Shown piece after piece: positions 9,136 through 18,094 of a stretch of 32,000 nt of DNA. Source of the DNA: Promethearchaeum syntrophicum (GTDB lineage Archaea > Asgardarchaeota > Lokiarchaeia > Sigyniarchaeales > Promethearchaeaceae). A program made the translations under genes and the position numbers. The stretch lies in NCBI RefSeq assembly GCF_008000775.2, contig NZ_CP042905.2:2430001-2462000 (forward strand), in the 5' to 3' direction. Each line of letters begins with the position of its first letter. Position 1 is the first letter of the stretch. Under the pieces are notes generated by a model. That model was not told the origin of the DNA and ran no database searches. It saw only the letters and a program-made list of their open reading frames with translations.

Positions 9136-9489
9136 ATGGCAAAGAAAAACGATAAGGAAGCGGAGAAAAAGAAAGCTCCGGTAGAAAGGAAAGAAGAAGC
9201 AATCGACAAAATTGCTGTTTTGGCTCAAGTTAAAAAAATGAATAAGAAATATGGGAAAGTTGCTAGTGTTTCAATCAAGCAAAGAGATCCTTTTATTCCT
9301 CGTGCAATCGAAGAAAAAATTCGAGAAGATATTCCAAAAATGAAAGTGATTACAGCTAATGATCTAGCAGCAAAACATGATATCCGAGTTTCTGCAATTA
9401 AAAAGCTTCTTTTAGTTATGGAACAAGAAGGTAAATTGAAACGACTTGCTAGTTCAAGCAGAATAAAAGTATTTAATCCAGTTTTATAA
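9136..9489 (+). CDS. rps25e: Small ribosomal subunit protein eS25
   Basis: Lys-rich N-terminus plus winged-helix core IREDIPKMKVITANDLAAKHDIRVSAIKKLLLVMEQEGKLKRLASSSRIKVFNP, typical of S25e. Confidence 0.9.
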   Translation: MAKKNDKEAEKKKAPVERKEEAIDKIAVLAQVKKMNKKYGKVASVSIKQRDPFIPRAIEEKIREDIPKMKVITANDLAAKHDIRVSAIKKLLLVMEQEGKLKRLASSSRIKVFNPVL

Positions 9490-9524
9490 AATTATTTTTT
9501 TTTAATAGTTTTGGCTAAGAGGTA

Positions 9525-10724
9525 TTGATTTTGGCTAATTTTCTAAACGATATACAATTTAAAAATCCTATCAGAGAAGGGATTGAAGGTTATCGTTCTG
9601 TACTTAGAGAAATCTATCGAGCCGGATTAATATCACTTAAAGATTTATCTCAAAAAGTATTAATCCCCATTCCAGTTATATCTAAAATTGTTAATTATAT
9701 GGTCGAATTGAAAGTATTGGATAGAATTCCGGCTGGTATACTTTATACTGAAAATGGAATGCAGTTTATCGAGTCTGAACTGAAATTTTATGGATTTGGA
9801 ATTTCAAAATGTGAACTTTGCAATGGACATCCGATATTTATATCTCCAAGATGGGATAATGTATTGGATAAACTTGATGAAATATTCGAAAAACGCCCAA
9901 AAGTTGATACAACTCTAGATCAAGCGTTTGCAACTGCTGAAACTAGTTTAAGTAGAGCTCTTTTATTGTATGATAGGGGAGCTCTTGATGGGAAGAAGAT
10001 ATGCTTATTAGGGGATGACGATTATTCATCCGTTGCAATTGCATTTTTATATTTGGGTTTTTTCCCTGAAAATCCAAAATTAATACCTGAAGAAATGGTT
10101 GTAATTGACATTGATAATCGTTTATTAGAAGGTATTAAGAAAGCAGTGAATGAAAATTCTTTTAATATAAAATACAAACTTTGGGATTATAGGACAAAAA
10201 TTCCAGAAGATTTACTAAATATATTCGACATAATAATGATAGATCCTCCATATTCTGAAAATGGGCTACGATTAACCCTTTCAAGAGCAATTGATATGTT
10301 ACGAATTGAAATCGGAAGAGAAATATATCTCTCATTTGCTCATAGGTCTCCAGTGAAATTCTTAAAAATTCAAGAAATAATAACTGAAATGGGTTTAGCA
10401 ATTATGGAAATTACCCCTCGTTTTAATACATATGAAGGGGCTACGATTCTAGGAAATCAAACACAAATTTTACGCTTAATTACAACTTCAGATACGAAAT
10501 CTTCAATCTCCTCGACATTTAAATTTGAAGAACAAATTTATACAGGAGAATTATCTCCAACAACTCGTTTCTATTATTGTTTAAAATGCAATAAAACAAT
10601 AGAAATTGGAGAAACCAGTCAAATTAAAACAATAGAGAAATTGAAAGAAATTGGATGCCCATATTGCAAATCAAAAGAAGGTCCATTTCAACTTGAAGGA
10701 AAAGTAAAAAATAATCCGTCTTAA
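9525..10724 (+). CDS. bpsA: N4-bis(aminopropyl)spermidine (branched-chain polyamine) synthase-like protein (DUF43/BpsA family), with C-terminal zinc-ribbon-like extension
   Basis: RPKVDTTLDQAFATAETSLSRALLLYDRGALDGKKICLLGDDDYSSVAIA...DIDNRLLEGIKKA...FDIIMIDPPYSENG resembles archaeal BpsA; C-terminus YYCLKCNK...GCPYCKSKEG. TTG start codon. Confidence 0.85.
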   Translation: MILANFLNDIQFKNPIREGIEGYRSVLREIYRAGLISLKDLSQKVLIPIPVISKIVNYMVELKVLDRIPAGILYTENGMQFIESELKFYGFGISKCELCNGHPIFISPRWDNVLDKLDEIFEKRPKVDTTLDQAFATAETSLSRALLLYDRGALDGKKICLLGDDDYSSVAIAFLYLGFFPENPKLIPEEMVVIDIDNRLLEGIKKAVNENSFNIKYKLWDYRTKIPEDLLNIFDIIMIDPPYSENGLRLTLSRAIDMLRIEIGREIYLSFAHRSPVKFLKIQEIITEMGLAIMEITPRFNTYEGATILGNQTQILRLITTSDTKSSISSTFKFEEQIYTGELSPTTRFYYCLKCNKTIEIGETSQIKTIEKLKEIGCPYCKSKEGPFQLEGKVKNNPS

Positions 10725-10757
10725 TAACATAAAAGTAAATAAATAAACTAAAGTATA

Positions 10758-11990
10758 TTATTCATCATCCATCATGTCCCAAAATTTTGGGTAGTCCTCG
10801 TTATCTTCAGATTTTTCCTTTGGGGCTTCATTTACATTTGGAGGTTCTTTTAATTTTATTATTCGATATTTTTGTTCTTGATTAGAATTAATTGAGCCAT
10901 CTAATATCTCTTTAATTTTTGATTCATATTTTGCTGCAATAGATGCTTCTTCATCAGTTAGATCTATGGTAGGTTCTTTTTGTTTAGGTTTTTCTTTAAC
11001 TTTCTTTTTCAGAAAGTTTTTCCACCGTTTTTCTTCCTCTTTGATATCTTTCTCGATATATTTAAGAAAATTCTTAAAAATCTTAAAATCAGTATTTGGT
11101 CTTTTTTTAAGGATATAAAACCTATCTCCTTCGCTTAATTGGGAAAAATTAAGTTGAACTGTTGTGCTTGTAGCAGGGTCATTCATGTCGATAATCATAC
11201 TTTTACGATTCCATTCATAACTCTCAATTTTTTCATCAGACTCTTCAATGTTATCTAAATTTTCAATATCTTGGGTTTTTTTTAAATGAGTTAGTTGATG
11301 TATTCGATAAATCCCGCGTATTGCCAACCAATGATGGAATTGACCATATAAAATAATAACCTCTGGATTATTGGAGAATTCTTCAAGTTTTTTCCATTTT
11401 TCTTTTGTTGTTTCTGGAATTTTTTTTACTAAATCTTGCTTTGAAAAATAAAAAGCACCTGTTTGATCTTCTGAATCTTGATAGAGGAATTCATAGTTAA
11501 ATATCTCCGCAATAATTTTCAATTCAGCATCCGTCTTCATTGTGTGAATATTTGTCATTAAAATCAATGGAGTGATGTAATCATGATCCCCTTCAAGATA
11601 ATGTAAAAAGGTATAAGCTTCATCGATTTGGTGTTTATTTAATAAATTTTGACGGAATTGTTCCTGATTATATTTATTGATAATTTTATGATCCTCGTAA
11701 AGATATTCTAAGCGTTCGTTAAAAAATTTGTATAATGCATCTTTATTCGAAATTCCAACAGATTTTAAAAGTAAATATTGTAAAGCAACAGCTAATTTAA
11801 GATCTTTTTGATTGAAGCTTGTTTTTCCAAATATACCACTAATTTTGTCCCAAATTTTATCAAGAAATTCACTGATTTCTATATTTTTTGGTAGATCTAC
11901 TAACATTAATAGAGAAGACAACCCGCAACCGTTAACATGTTGAGTATAAGTTGGTATGTGTCGTATATATGGATGGTTAACTTCGTTCAA
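10758..11990 (-). CDS. Predicted intracellular papain-like/C39-like cysteine peptidase (paralogue A)
   Basis: YTQHVNGCGLSSLLMLVDLPKN (Gln-x4/5-CGLxS, C39-like), downstream FHHWLAIRGIYR and MIIDMNDPATSTTVQL: ordered Q-C-H-D/N signature; no signal peptide or TM. Confidence 0.6.
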   Translation of the reverse strand: MNEVNHPYIRHIPTYTQHVNGCGLSSLLMLVDLPKNIEISEFLDKIWDKISGIFGKTSFNQKDLKLAVALQYLLLKSVGISNKDALYKFFNERLEYLYEDHKIINKYNQEQFRQNLLNKHQIDEAYTFLHYLEGDHDYITPLILMTNIHTMKTDAELKIIAEIFNYEFLYQDSEDQTGAFYFSKQDLVKKIPETTKEKWKKLEEFSNNPEVIILYGQFHHWLAIRGIYRIHQLTHLKKTQDIENLDNIEESDEKIESYEWNRKSMIIDMNDPATSTTVQLNFSQLSEGDRFYILKKRPNTDFKIFKNFLKYIEKDIKEEEKRWKNFLKKKVKEKPKQKEPTIDLTDEEASIAAKYESKIKEILDGSINSNQEQKYRIIKLKEPPNVNEAPKEKSEDNEDYPKFWDMMDDE

Positions 11991-13000
11991 AATAGCTCAT
12001 CATCTCCTATTAAACCATCTTTATAAAATTTATTATCAGTACGATTGTTTTGGCTATTACTAGTTTCATCCATCTCATTCGGAATATCTTGAGCAATGGC
12101 GTTTTGAAGATGTTCCCATAATATTGAATTATCTGATTTCTTTTTTGTGAATATGTAAAAATAATTTTGAGAAATAATTTCTTTCAGTTGTACTGAATGT
12201 TGTTTAGGAATAATCGGATCATTATAAGATATAACATAATCTTTAATAGAAGATTTCGGAGCAATTTTTTCATTCTTCATTATCCATTTATCTAAATCTC
12301 TCGTATGCAATCCTGTTAATATTTGCCAGTGTTTTCCATCTCCGAACAGAATTCGATTTTCTGGATTTATATAAGATTTACATAAAATATCTAGAAACTC
12401 CTTATCTTTTTTATTATAAACTAAAGCTCCGTTTGTAGAATTATAAGCAACAAAATCAAAACCAAATATTGACATCAAAATTTTTAAATCCATATCATTT
12501 TTAACAGAAAAGGTTTCATTTTTAAGCATTAGTGTGGGAATTGTATTTCCTTCTAAAATATACCGATCATAAGCTTTCGCTATAGAGAACATTTCATGTT
12601 CGATGAATTTTTGATGACTCTCGGCTAAATTGAAATTTGAAATTAATTTTTGATTTTCATAGTCATATTTGAACTGATCAGTTAAAAATTTGCTCAGAAA
12701 TTTATATTTTTCTGAATCTCTGCTTAAAGCTTTTAATAACACATATTGAAGGACATATTGATAAATAAATTCTGATTCTTTAACTGGAATTATTTTGAAA
12801 ATAATTGGATCGATTAATTCTCCAATATTGTCTAATATTTTCTTTAGTTTGGGATTCTTATTTGGATCCATAAGCATCAAAATAGACGCAAGCCCACAAC
12901 TGTTTATCAATTGTCTATATAAGGGATATTCCCATTTTGTCGGAAGATTTTGGTCCACTTTTACATCTTTTCCATTCAGCATATTAAAATAGAGTATCAA
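11987..13000 (-). CDS. Predicted intracellular papain-like/C39-like cysteine peptidase (paralogue B)
   Basis: YRQLINSCGLASILMLMDPNKN, GDGKHWQILTGLHTRD, YVISYNDPIIPKQHSVQL, collinear with paralogue A; its stop overlaps the paralogue A start by 4 nt. Confidence 0.6.
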   Translation of the reverse strand: MILYFNMLNGKDVKVDQNLPTKWEYPLYRQLINSCGLASILMLMDPNKNPKLKKILDNIGELIDPIIFKIIPVKESEFIYQYVLQYVLLKALSRDSEKYKFLSKFLTDQFKYDYENQKLISNFNLAESHQKFIEHEMFSIAKAYDRYILEGNTIPTLMLKNETFSVKNDMDLKILMSIFGFDFVAYNSTNGALVYNKKDKEFLDILCKSYINPENRILFGDGKHWQILTGLHTRDLDKWIMKNEKIAPKSSIKDYVISYNDPIIPKQHSVQLKEIISQNYFYIFTKKKSDNSILWEHLQNAIAQDIPNEMDETSNSQNNRTDNKFYKDGLIGDDELF

Positions 13001-13089
13001 AGATAATATTGAGTTTAAAAATTTAATAATTTTGGTTAACTCGTAAGATTTTTTATTTTTGTGGAATTTTTAAAGAGTAGATCAGATAA

Positions 13090-13172
13090 GCATGTGTAGC
13101 CAAGTGGTCGACGGCGCCGGATTCGAAATCCGGTGAGCATTGCTCTCGTGGGTTCAAATCCCCCCACATGCG
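13090..13172 (+). tRNA. tRNA-Ser (anticodon CGA)
   Basis: Acceptor GCATGTG/CACATGC, D-stem GCC/GGC, anticodon arm CCGGA-TTCGAAA-TCCGG, long variable arm GAGC-ATT-GCTC, T-loop TTCAAAT, G73. One apparent T-C mismatch in the T-stem (GTGGG/CCCCC). Confidence 0.95.
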
Positions 13173-13245
13173 TTATTTTTGGTTCATATTGTTTATGATT
13201 GCAAGCAGATATTACACAATTTGGGTATAAAGGAAAAATTTTTTC

Positions 13246-14274
13246 TTAAAATATTAATATAAGACCTAAATAAATGGCTGCAGAAAGGATCGCAGCAGCA
13301 GGAAATGTAACTATCCATGCCAGAATCATTTTTTTTAAAGATTTCCAGTTAGGTTTTTCCCCTTTTGATAGTCCGCTTCCGATAATTGCGAAAATTAAAA
13401 CATGAGATCCTGATATCGGAAGTCCGAGGAGAGTACATGTTAAAACAACAATTGCGTTTGAACTTTCAATCGCAAATGCATCACTTGGCCGCATTTCAAT
13501 GAGTGAACCTCCAACATTTTTTATTACATTTCTTCCAATCAGAATTAACCCTAAAGCAATCATACAACCAATTAATATTTTTATTAGAACTTCTAAATTT
13601 TGCGGAATATCACCATTTTCAATTAAACCATAATAAATTCCTATAGCATTCGCAGAATCATTACCTCCACGACTCAGTTGAGTTACGGAAATAAAAAATA
13701 ATAAAATTAGGCGAAACTTTTTTTCCAAGACTTCAATTTCTAAAAATCCAATTATGCCATCTTTTTTCCATTTTCGAGTCATAAAATTATGAACGAATTT
13801 TTGCATTAAAGAAGCGGTAATTAAACCCAAAATGGGAGATAAAATCCATCCCAATGCAATTTGACCTAATTTAATCCAATTCAAAGAATATAAAAAATCA
13901 TTCCCAGGAATGAACGACCACATAAAAGCAACGCCGATTACTGATCCAACTACAGAATGAGTTGTAGAAATAGGAGCGCCGGTTTTAGAAGCAAAAACTA
14001 ACCAAGTACTCGTGCTAAGAATTATCGCAAACATCATCCAAACATCGTATTCAATTTGTAATTCAGCAGAAAATAAACTTGATCCGATATTTTTCCCAAC
14101 ATTTTTTGATAAAAAAATACAACCTAGAGAAGCTAAAAGACCCCCCCATAAGACTGCTTTATTTAGACTTAATGAACCACTACCAACGACAGAACTCATT
14201 GTTTCATCGTTTGAGCCTATTCCAAAAGCTAAGTAAAGAGTTATCAAAACCACTAAGAGTATCATGAGGTCCAT
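13246..14274 (-). CDS. pit: PiT-family inorganic phosphate transporter
   Basis: IGSNDETMSSVVGSGSL...KTGAPISTTHSVVGSVIGV...GGNDSANAIGIYYG...LGLPISGSHVLIFAIIGSGL: duplicated PiT signature. Confidence 0.93.
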   Translation of the reverse strand: MDLMILLVVLITLYLAFGIGSNDETMSSVVGSGSLSLNKAVLWGGLLASLGCIFLSKNVGKNIGSSLFSAELQIEYDVWMMFAIILSTSTWLVFASKTGAPISTTHSVVGSVIGVAFMWSFIPGNDFLYSLNWIKLGQIALGWILSPILGLITASLMQKFVHNFMTRKWKKDGIIGFLEIEVLEKKFRLILLFFISVTQLSRGGNDSANAIGIYYGLIENGDIPQNLEVLIKILIGCMIALGLILIGRNVIKNVGGSLIEMRPSDAFAIESSNAIVVLTCTLLGLPISGSHVLIFAIIGSGLSKGEKPNWKSLKKMILAWIVTFPAAAILSAAIYLGLILIF

Positions 14275-14320
14275 TTTATTCCCCGATCATTTTTTAATCA
14301 TTATCGAATTTGAGCATATA

Positions 14321-15004
14321 TTAAAAAGTTGAATATTTAGCAACCAATCCATAAATATTATCCGCAAAATGTTCCATTCGGTTAGTTACTTCTGCTAAAT
14401 TATTCATTAATTCTGCGTAAAACCGAAAGTCGCGATAATCTGGTTTAATTTCATATAATGCTTTAAAAAATTCTAATTTTCTCTCCCGTACTCCATGTCT
14501 GGCTTCATTTATTTGAACACATGTCTCAATCGCATGATCAAAATTATGGAAGAATTGATCTACTAGTTTATTCACCATTTTTCCGATTAAGGCAGTTTTC
14601 TTCCCTACCGCTTCAACATGGGTTCCTAATTCCCGAATGACTAATTTTGGAGAATAAACATCAAGATCAAAAATTACTTTCTTAGCTTGACCTACAATTC
14701 GATCCATCGATGTTACCATTCTCATACGATCTGGACGGGAAAAAACCATTGATTCTGAACCGAAAATTCGTGTAATTATTTCATCTCTACATTGATCTTG
14801 TTCATCTTCTAAATTAATAACTTTTATTGAGAAATGTTTTATTTGGGCATGATCCTCGGCGCAAAATGCAACTAAAGCCTCAGATAGCGATTTCAAAGCC
14901 ATTTCTAGTAATTTAGCATCATGAATAAATAGATTTTGCAGCTTACCTTTCATTTCTTTATTTTTATTCTTAAAATTTTTTAATTTCCCGATGATTACCA
15001 CCAC
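14321..15004 (-). CDS. DUF47/PhoU-like protein, partner of the PiT transporter
   Basis: MVVIIGKLKNFKNKNKEMKGKLQNLFIHDAKLLEMALKSLSEAL...DEIITRIFGSESMVFSRPDRMRMVTSMDRIVGQAKKVIFDL; helical PhoU-like, immediately upstream of PiT. Confidence 0.88.
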   Translation of the reverse strand: MVVIIGKLKNFKNKNKEMKGKLQNLFIHDAKLLEMALKSLSEALVAFCAEDHAQIKHFSIKVINLEDEQDQCRDEIITRIFGSESMVFSRPDRMRMVTSMDRIVGQAKKVIFDLDVYSPKLVIRELGTHVEAVGKKTALIGKMVNKLVDQFFHNFDHAIETCVQINEARHGVRERKLEFFKALYEIKPDYRDFRFYAELMNNLAEVTNRMEHFADNIYGLVAKYSTF

Positions 15005-15169
15005 AATAAATGATATCAGACCTATTATTTGAAATAGAATTTTTGATTATTTTATAGATTTTCCTTTAATTCGTTTTTTTTTATTAATATAATAATAATT
15101 TATAAATAATTAGGGAATCGGACAAAAACATAATCAAAATTGCACAAAGGGTAGAAAAAAGATAAAACC

Positions 15170-15343
15170 TTATTTAGATATAACTATTTTTCGTGGATTT
15201 CTTGCTCTAAAATTAGGGGAAGAATTGAAAAAATTCCCGCATACAAGGCAATTATAGTTATTTAGGCTTGTATTTAGTGCAGTATTTTCATATTCACAAT
15301 GTGGGCATATTACAAACCATTCGAATCTTATATGTTTAGTCAT
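15170..15343 (-). CDS. 57-aa zinc-ribbon-like miniprotein (not in supplied ORF track)
   Basis: Reverse-strand ATG..TAA: MTKHIRFEWFVICPHCEYENTALNTSLNNYNCLVCGNFFNSSPNFRARNPRKIVISK; paired CPHC and CLVCG knuckles. Confidence 0.65.
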   Translation of the reverse strand: MTKHIRFEWFVICPHCEYENTALNTSLNNYNCLVCGNFFNSSPNFRARNPRKIVISK

Positions 15344-15372
15344 TAGGTTATCATCTCGTTAAAAATGTATAA

Positions 15373-15870
15373 TTATAATGCATTAATTCTTACTAAATAT
15401 GAATGAATTAAAACTGCCATTTTATCATCAAATTTCTGATATATGGCTTGATTTGTTAACATTTTATCAATTTGGGTTTTATATTCATTATAAAACAAAT
15501 CTAAACCTTTATGAATCTCTTCATCCAAAAAATCTTGTGTCATATCAGGGCGGAATAAAATTGTGAGTATTAAATCATGTTCTGCAACAATATTCATGGT
15601 TAAATTTAAACCTTCAACAAAAATTCTTTTAATATCACCAATATTTTCTTCTCCGAATAAAGAGAGAGCACTTATAAAATTTGACATCAGATCAAGATTC
15701 AATGATTTCTCCTTTTGGAACTGTTTCGAATATAAAATATCTCCGCCTTTCCTAGCAATAAAAATTCCCAAAAGATATTTATCCAATATCCTTTGGATCT
15801 TTAAATTCATTGTATGTATCTCATTAGAAACGCGAAAATATGTTTTTATTTGTTCCATAGTAAACAGCAC
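15373..15870 (-). CDS. Small longin/roadblock-like protein (putative GTPase-system or trafficking-type regulatory subunit)
   Basis: 165 aa; IQRILDKYLLGIFIARKGGDILYSKQF...LMSNFISALSLFGEENIGDIKRIFVEGLNLTMNIVAEHDLILTILF, the beta-turn-beta/helix pattern of longin/roadblock folds. Confidence 0.5.
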   Translation of the reverse strand: MLFTMEQIKTYFRVSNEIHTMNLKIQRILDKYLLGIFIARKGGDILYSKQFQKEKSLNLDLMSNFISALSLFGEENIGDIKRIFVEGLNLTMNIVAEHDLILTILFRPDMTQDFLDEEIHKGLDLFYNEYKTQIDKMLTNQAIYQKFDDKMAVLIHSYLVRINAL

Positions 15871-16083
15871 TATATGATTTAATCAATATCTATTTGATCA
15901 AATTAATATTTAATTAAAACGTTTACCCCTTTTAAAGGATATCCTATGAAAAGACATAGGAAAAATCGGAAAGTAATTGTAAAATATTATATCTCAAAAA
16001 GATGAAATTGAAGCTGAATTTCAAAAAAAATTAAATTTACTAAATGAAGCAAGGGCAATATTGAATTTTTCTATTTTAATATA

Positions 16084-17346
16084 TCAAATGGGTATACAAC
16101 CCCATTCTTTATTTTCCAAATTCTCGATTGCATAATTTATGCAAGTAAATAAAGCTAAAGTTGCAATGTCTTTTTTATTATCGGTTTTTCTGAATATTAA
16201 CGGTGCTGATTGGAGGATGTCAATTAAATCATTATAGGAAAAATTCGAATCTTCAAGTTTTACTTTTAATTGTATTTCAGCTTCATTTTGACGATCTTTT
16301 GAGTAATTTGGATCTACTAGAAATTTCTGCCACGATTCATTTACAAATGTATTTGTTCGCACTATACTTATTGGAGATAAAATATTTGTGTTATTTGGCG
16401 CTACATCAACTGCAAACATGTTAGTATTATCAATTATAATTGAAGTAAATCCTATGGATTGATTATTCCCAATAATTTCATAAAATAATTCAACATATGA
16501 ACTTGCGTTTTGAGATTGTTCAAATGCCAATCTTGTTCGACAAGATGTGGGAATCATCATTGAGGAAATTACATTAGTTTTAATTATTGTAGTTAACACA
16601 GAGACACCATTTTCATTTTTTCCTATTGGAAAATTTAGTGCTGCACCAAATTTTATACCAAAAATTGCAGGATTATTTCCCAATTTATGTAAAACAAAAC
16701 TAGTACAAGATTTGAATATTAATGTAAAATCGAAATTTTGTCCAAAAACAGGAAAACTTCCATTATTCATAACTGAAATCGCCGTACATCCTAATGGATC
16801 TATCTCAATTTCTTCTGTCTTTTCAGGAATAATTTTACCATAGAGGATATCAAACCATGTGTTTTGGATTAGGATATCATTAAAATTTATGGTGATTCCC
16901 AAACTGTTAGTTGCTCCTTCTGCAATCCCATTCATTTCATCAATATGTTCTCTCGGGATAAAAGGAACATACTCTAAAGCTAGTTTTTTTAAATCAGAAT
17001 AGGATGTATCAAATTGAGGACTCATTAGAAGAAGTAAATTCTTAAGTGAAAATATCTGTTTATAGAGATTTTTACCTGTTAAGTATCCTAAATCATATGA
17101 ATTTTCTGCAGATACATAAAGATATGGTTGAGAATTACTTTCTTTCCATTCAGCTTCACCCTCAACGTGTCTTAGTGAAAATATCCTAGTACTACCATAT
17201 AAAATCATAGTTATAATTATAAACATCAAGAAAATTGATAGGATTTTGTTTGAACGTTTCGATTTCATAGAACCATTTTCAATAGATTTGATTTTACTAA
17301 TTTTAATCTTATTTTCTTTCGATTTTTTAACTTTAACTTTTGACAT
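16084..17346 (-). CDS. C45-family Ntn hydrolase (acyl-CoA:6-APA acyltransferase/choloylglycine hydrolase-like) with N-terminal membrane anchor/signal
   Basis: N-terminal hydrophobic helix, YLTGKNLYKQI, GCTAISVMNNGSFPVFGQNFDFTL (nucleophile Cys + NxD), GAALNFPIGKNENGVSVLTTII. Confidence 0.8.
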   Translation of the reverse strand: MSKVKVKKSKENKIKISKIKSIENGSMKSKRSNKILSIFLMFIIITMILYGSTRIFSLRHVEGEAEWKESNSQPYLYVSAENSYDLGYLTGKNLYKQIFSLKNLLLLMSPQFDTSYSDLKKLALEYVPFIPREHIDEMNGIAEGATNSLGITINFNDILIQNTWFDILYGKIIPEKTEEIEIDPLGCTAISVMNNGSFPVFGQNFDFTLIFKSCTSFVLHKLGNNPAIFGIKFGAALNFPIGKNENGVSVLTTIIKTNVISSMMIPTSCRTRLAFEQSQNASSYVELFYEIIGNNQSIGFTSIIIDNTNMFAVDVAPNNTNILSPISIVRTNTFVNESWQKFLVDPNYSKDRQNEAEIQLKVKLEDSNFSYNDLIDILQSAPLIFRKTDNKKDIATLALFTCINYAIENLENKEWGCIPI

Positions 17347-17520
17347 ATATATTGAAATTCAAATAAAACAATTTAAAATCCGATAAAACAATTCATAAAC
17401 CCTTATTAAAAAATGTTATAAATCAAATTTACTCAATTATTAATGTTTAAAATTTAATTTAATTGAGATATAAATATTCAAATCTCCAAAATAAATATAT
17501 TAGGTAAAGATATTAGGAAA

Positions 17521-18075
17521 TTGATGAAAAATCTTAATATTAATCCGTTCCCAATATTGAGATCTGAAAGATTAGTTTTACGCAAATTAGAAGTTAAAGA
17601 TGTCCCTTTATTTTTTGAATATCAATCAAATAAACAAAATTTCTTACATGTTGATATGCCTATATTTACAGATATAACACAAACATATACATATATAAAA
17701 GAAAAAAATGAAACAGTTGAGCAGAATAAGTGGATATTGTGGGCAATAACAGATATTAATTCTGATAGAATATTTGGAACCATTTCAATTTGGAATTTCA
17801 ATTTAGAAGAGGAAAAAGCAGAATTCGGTTATGGATTATTTCCCGGTTCTACAGGGAATGGATTTATGACAGAAGCATTGTTATGTACCATTGATTATGG
17901 ATTTCAAGAATTAAAACTGAAAACCCTTGAAGCATATACAAATATTATGAATGATAAATCTATTAAACTTTTAAAATGCACTAATTTTAAATATGATTCA
18001 AAAATTCAAGAAGGTTCAGGGATTTTAGCGATATATAAGATCGAAAAAAAAAAAAATTCTCGAAAAAAAAACTAA
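17521..18075 (+). CDS. GNAT acetyltransferase, RimJ/RimL-like
   Basis: SERLVLRKLEVKDVPLFFEYQSN...GTISIWNFNLEEEKAEFGYGLFPGSTGNGFMTEALLCTIDYGFQELKLKTLEAYTN. Start may be ATG at 17524. Confidence 0.88.
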   Translation: MMKNLNINPFPILRSERLVLRKLEVKDVPLFFEYQSNKQNFLHVDMPIFTDITQTYTYIKEKNETVEQNKWILWAITDINSDRIFGTISIWNFNLEEEKAEFGYGLFPGSTGNGFMTEALLCTIDYGFQELKLKTLEAYTNIMNDKSIKLLKCTNFKYDSKIQEGSGILAIYKIEKKKNSRKKN

Positions 18076-18094
18076 AAATCATGTGAAAATCTCT

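Noticed and set aside
12795-12992. 65-aa plus-strand ORF
   Set aside because: Antisense to paralogue B of the C39-like pair.
14012-14267. Plus-strand ORFs inside PiT gene
   Set aside because: Antisense shadows of a strongly supported transporter.
15563-15877. 104-aa plus-strand ORF
   Set aside because: Antisense to the longin-like protein, which has the more plausible protein sequence and operonic direction.
15998-16078. Short start-less plus-strand frame DEIEAEFQKKLNLLNEARAILNFSILIYQMGIQPH
   Set aside because: No ATG before the coding-like segment and partial overlap with the end of the C45 gene; too short to support.
16203-16843. Plus-strand ORFs inside the C45 hydrolase gene
   Set aside because: Antisense to an ORF with clear catalytic motifs.
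18030-18075. Poly-A runs (A13, A9) at the end of the GNAT gene suggesting a frameshift
   Set aside because: The GNAT domain is already complete upstream, so only the last few residues are uncertain; cannot judge without reads.
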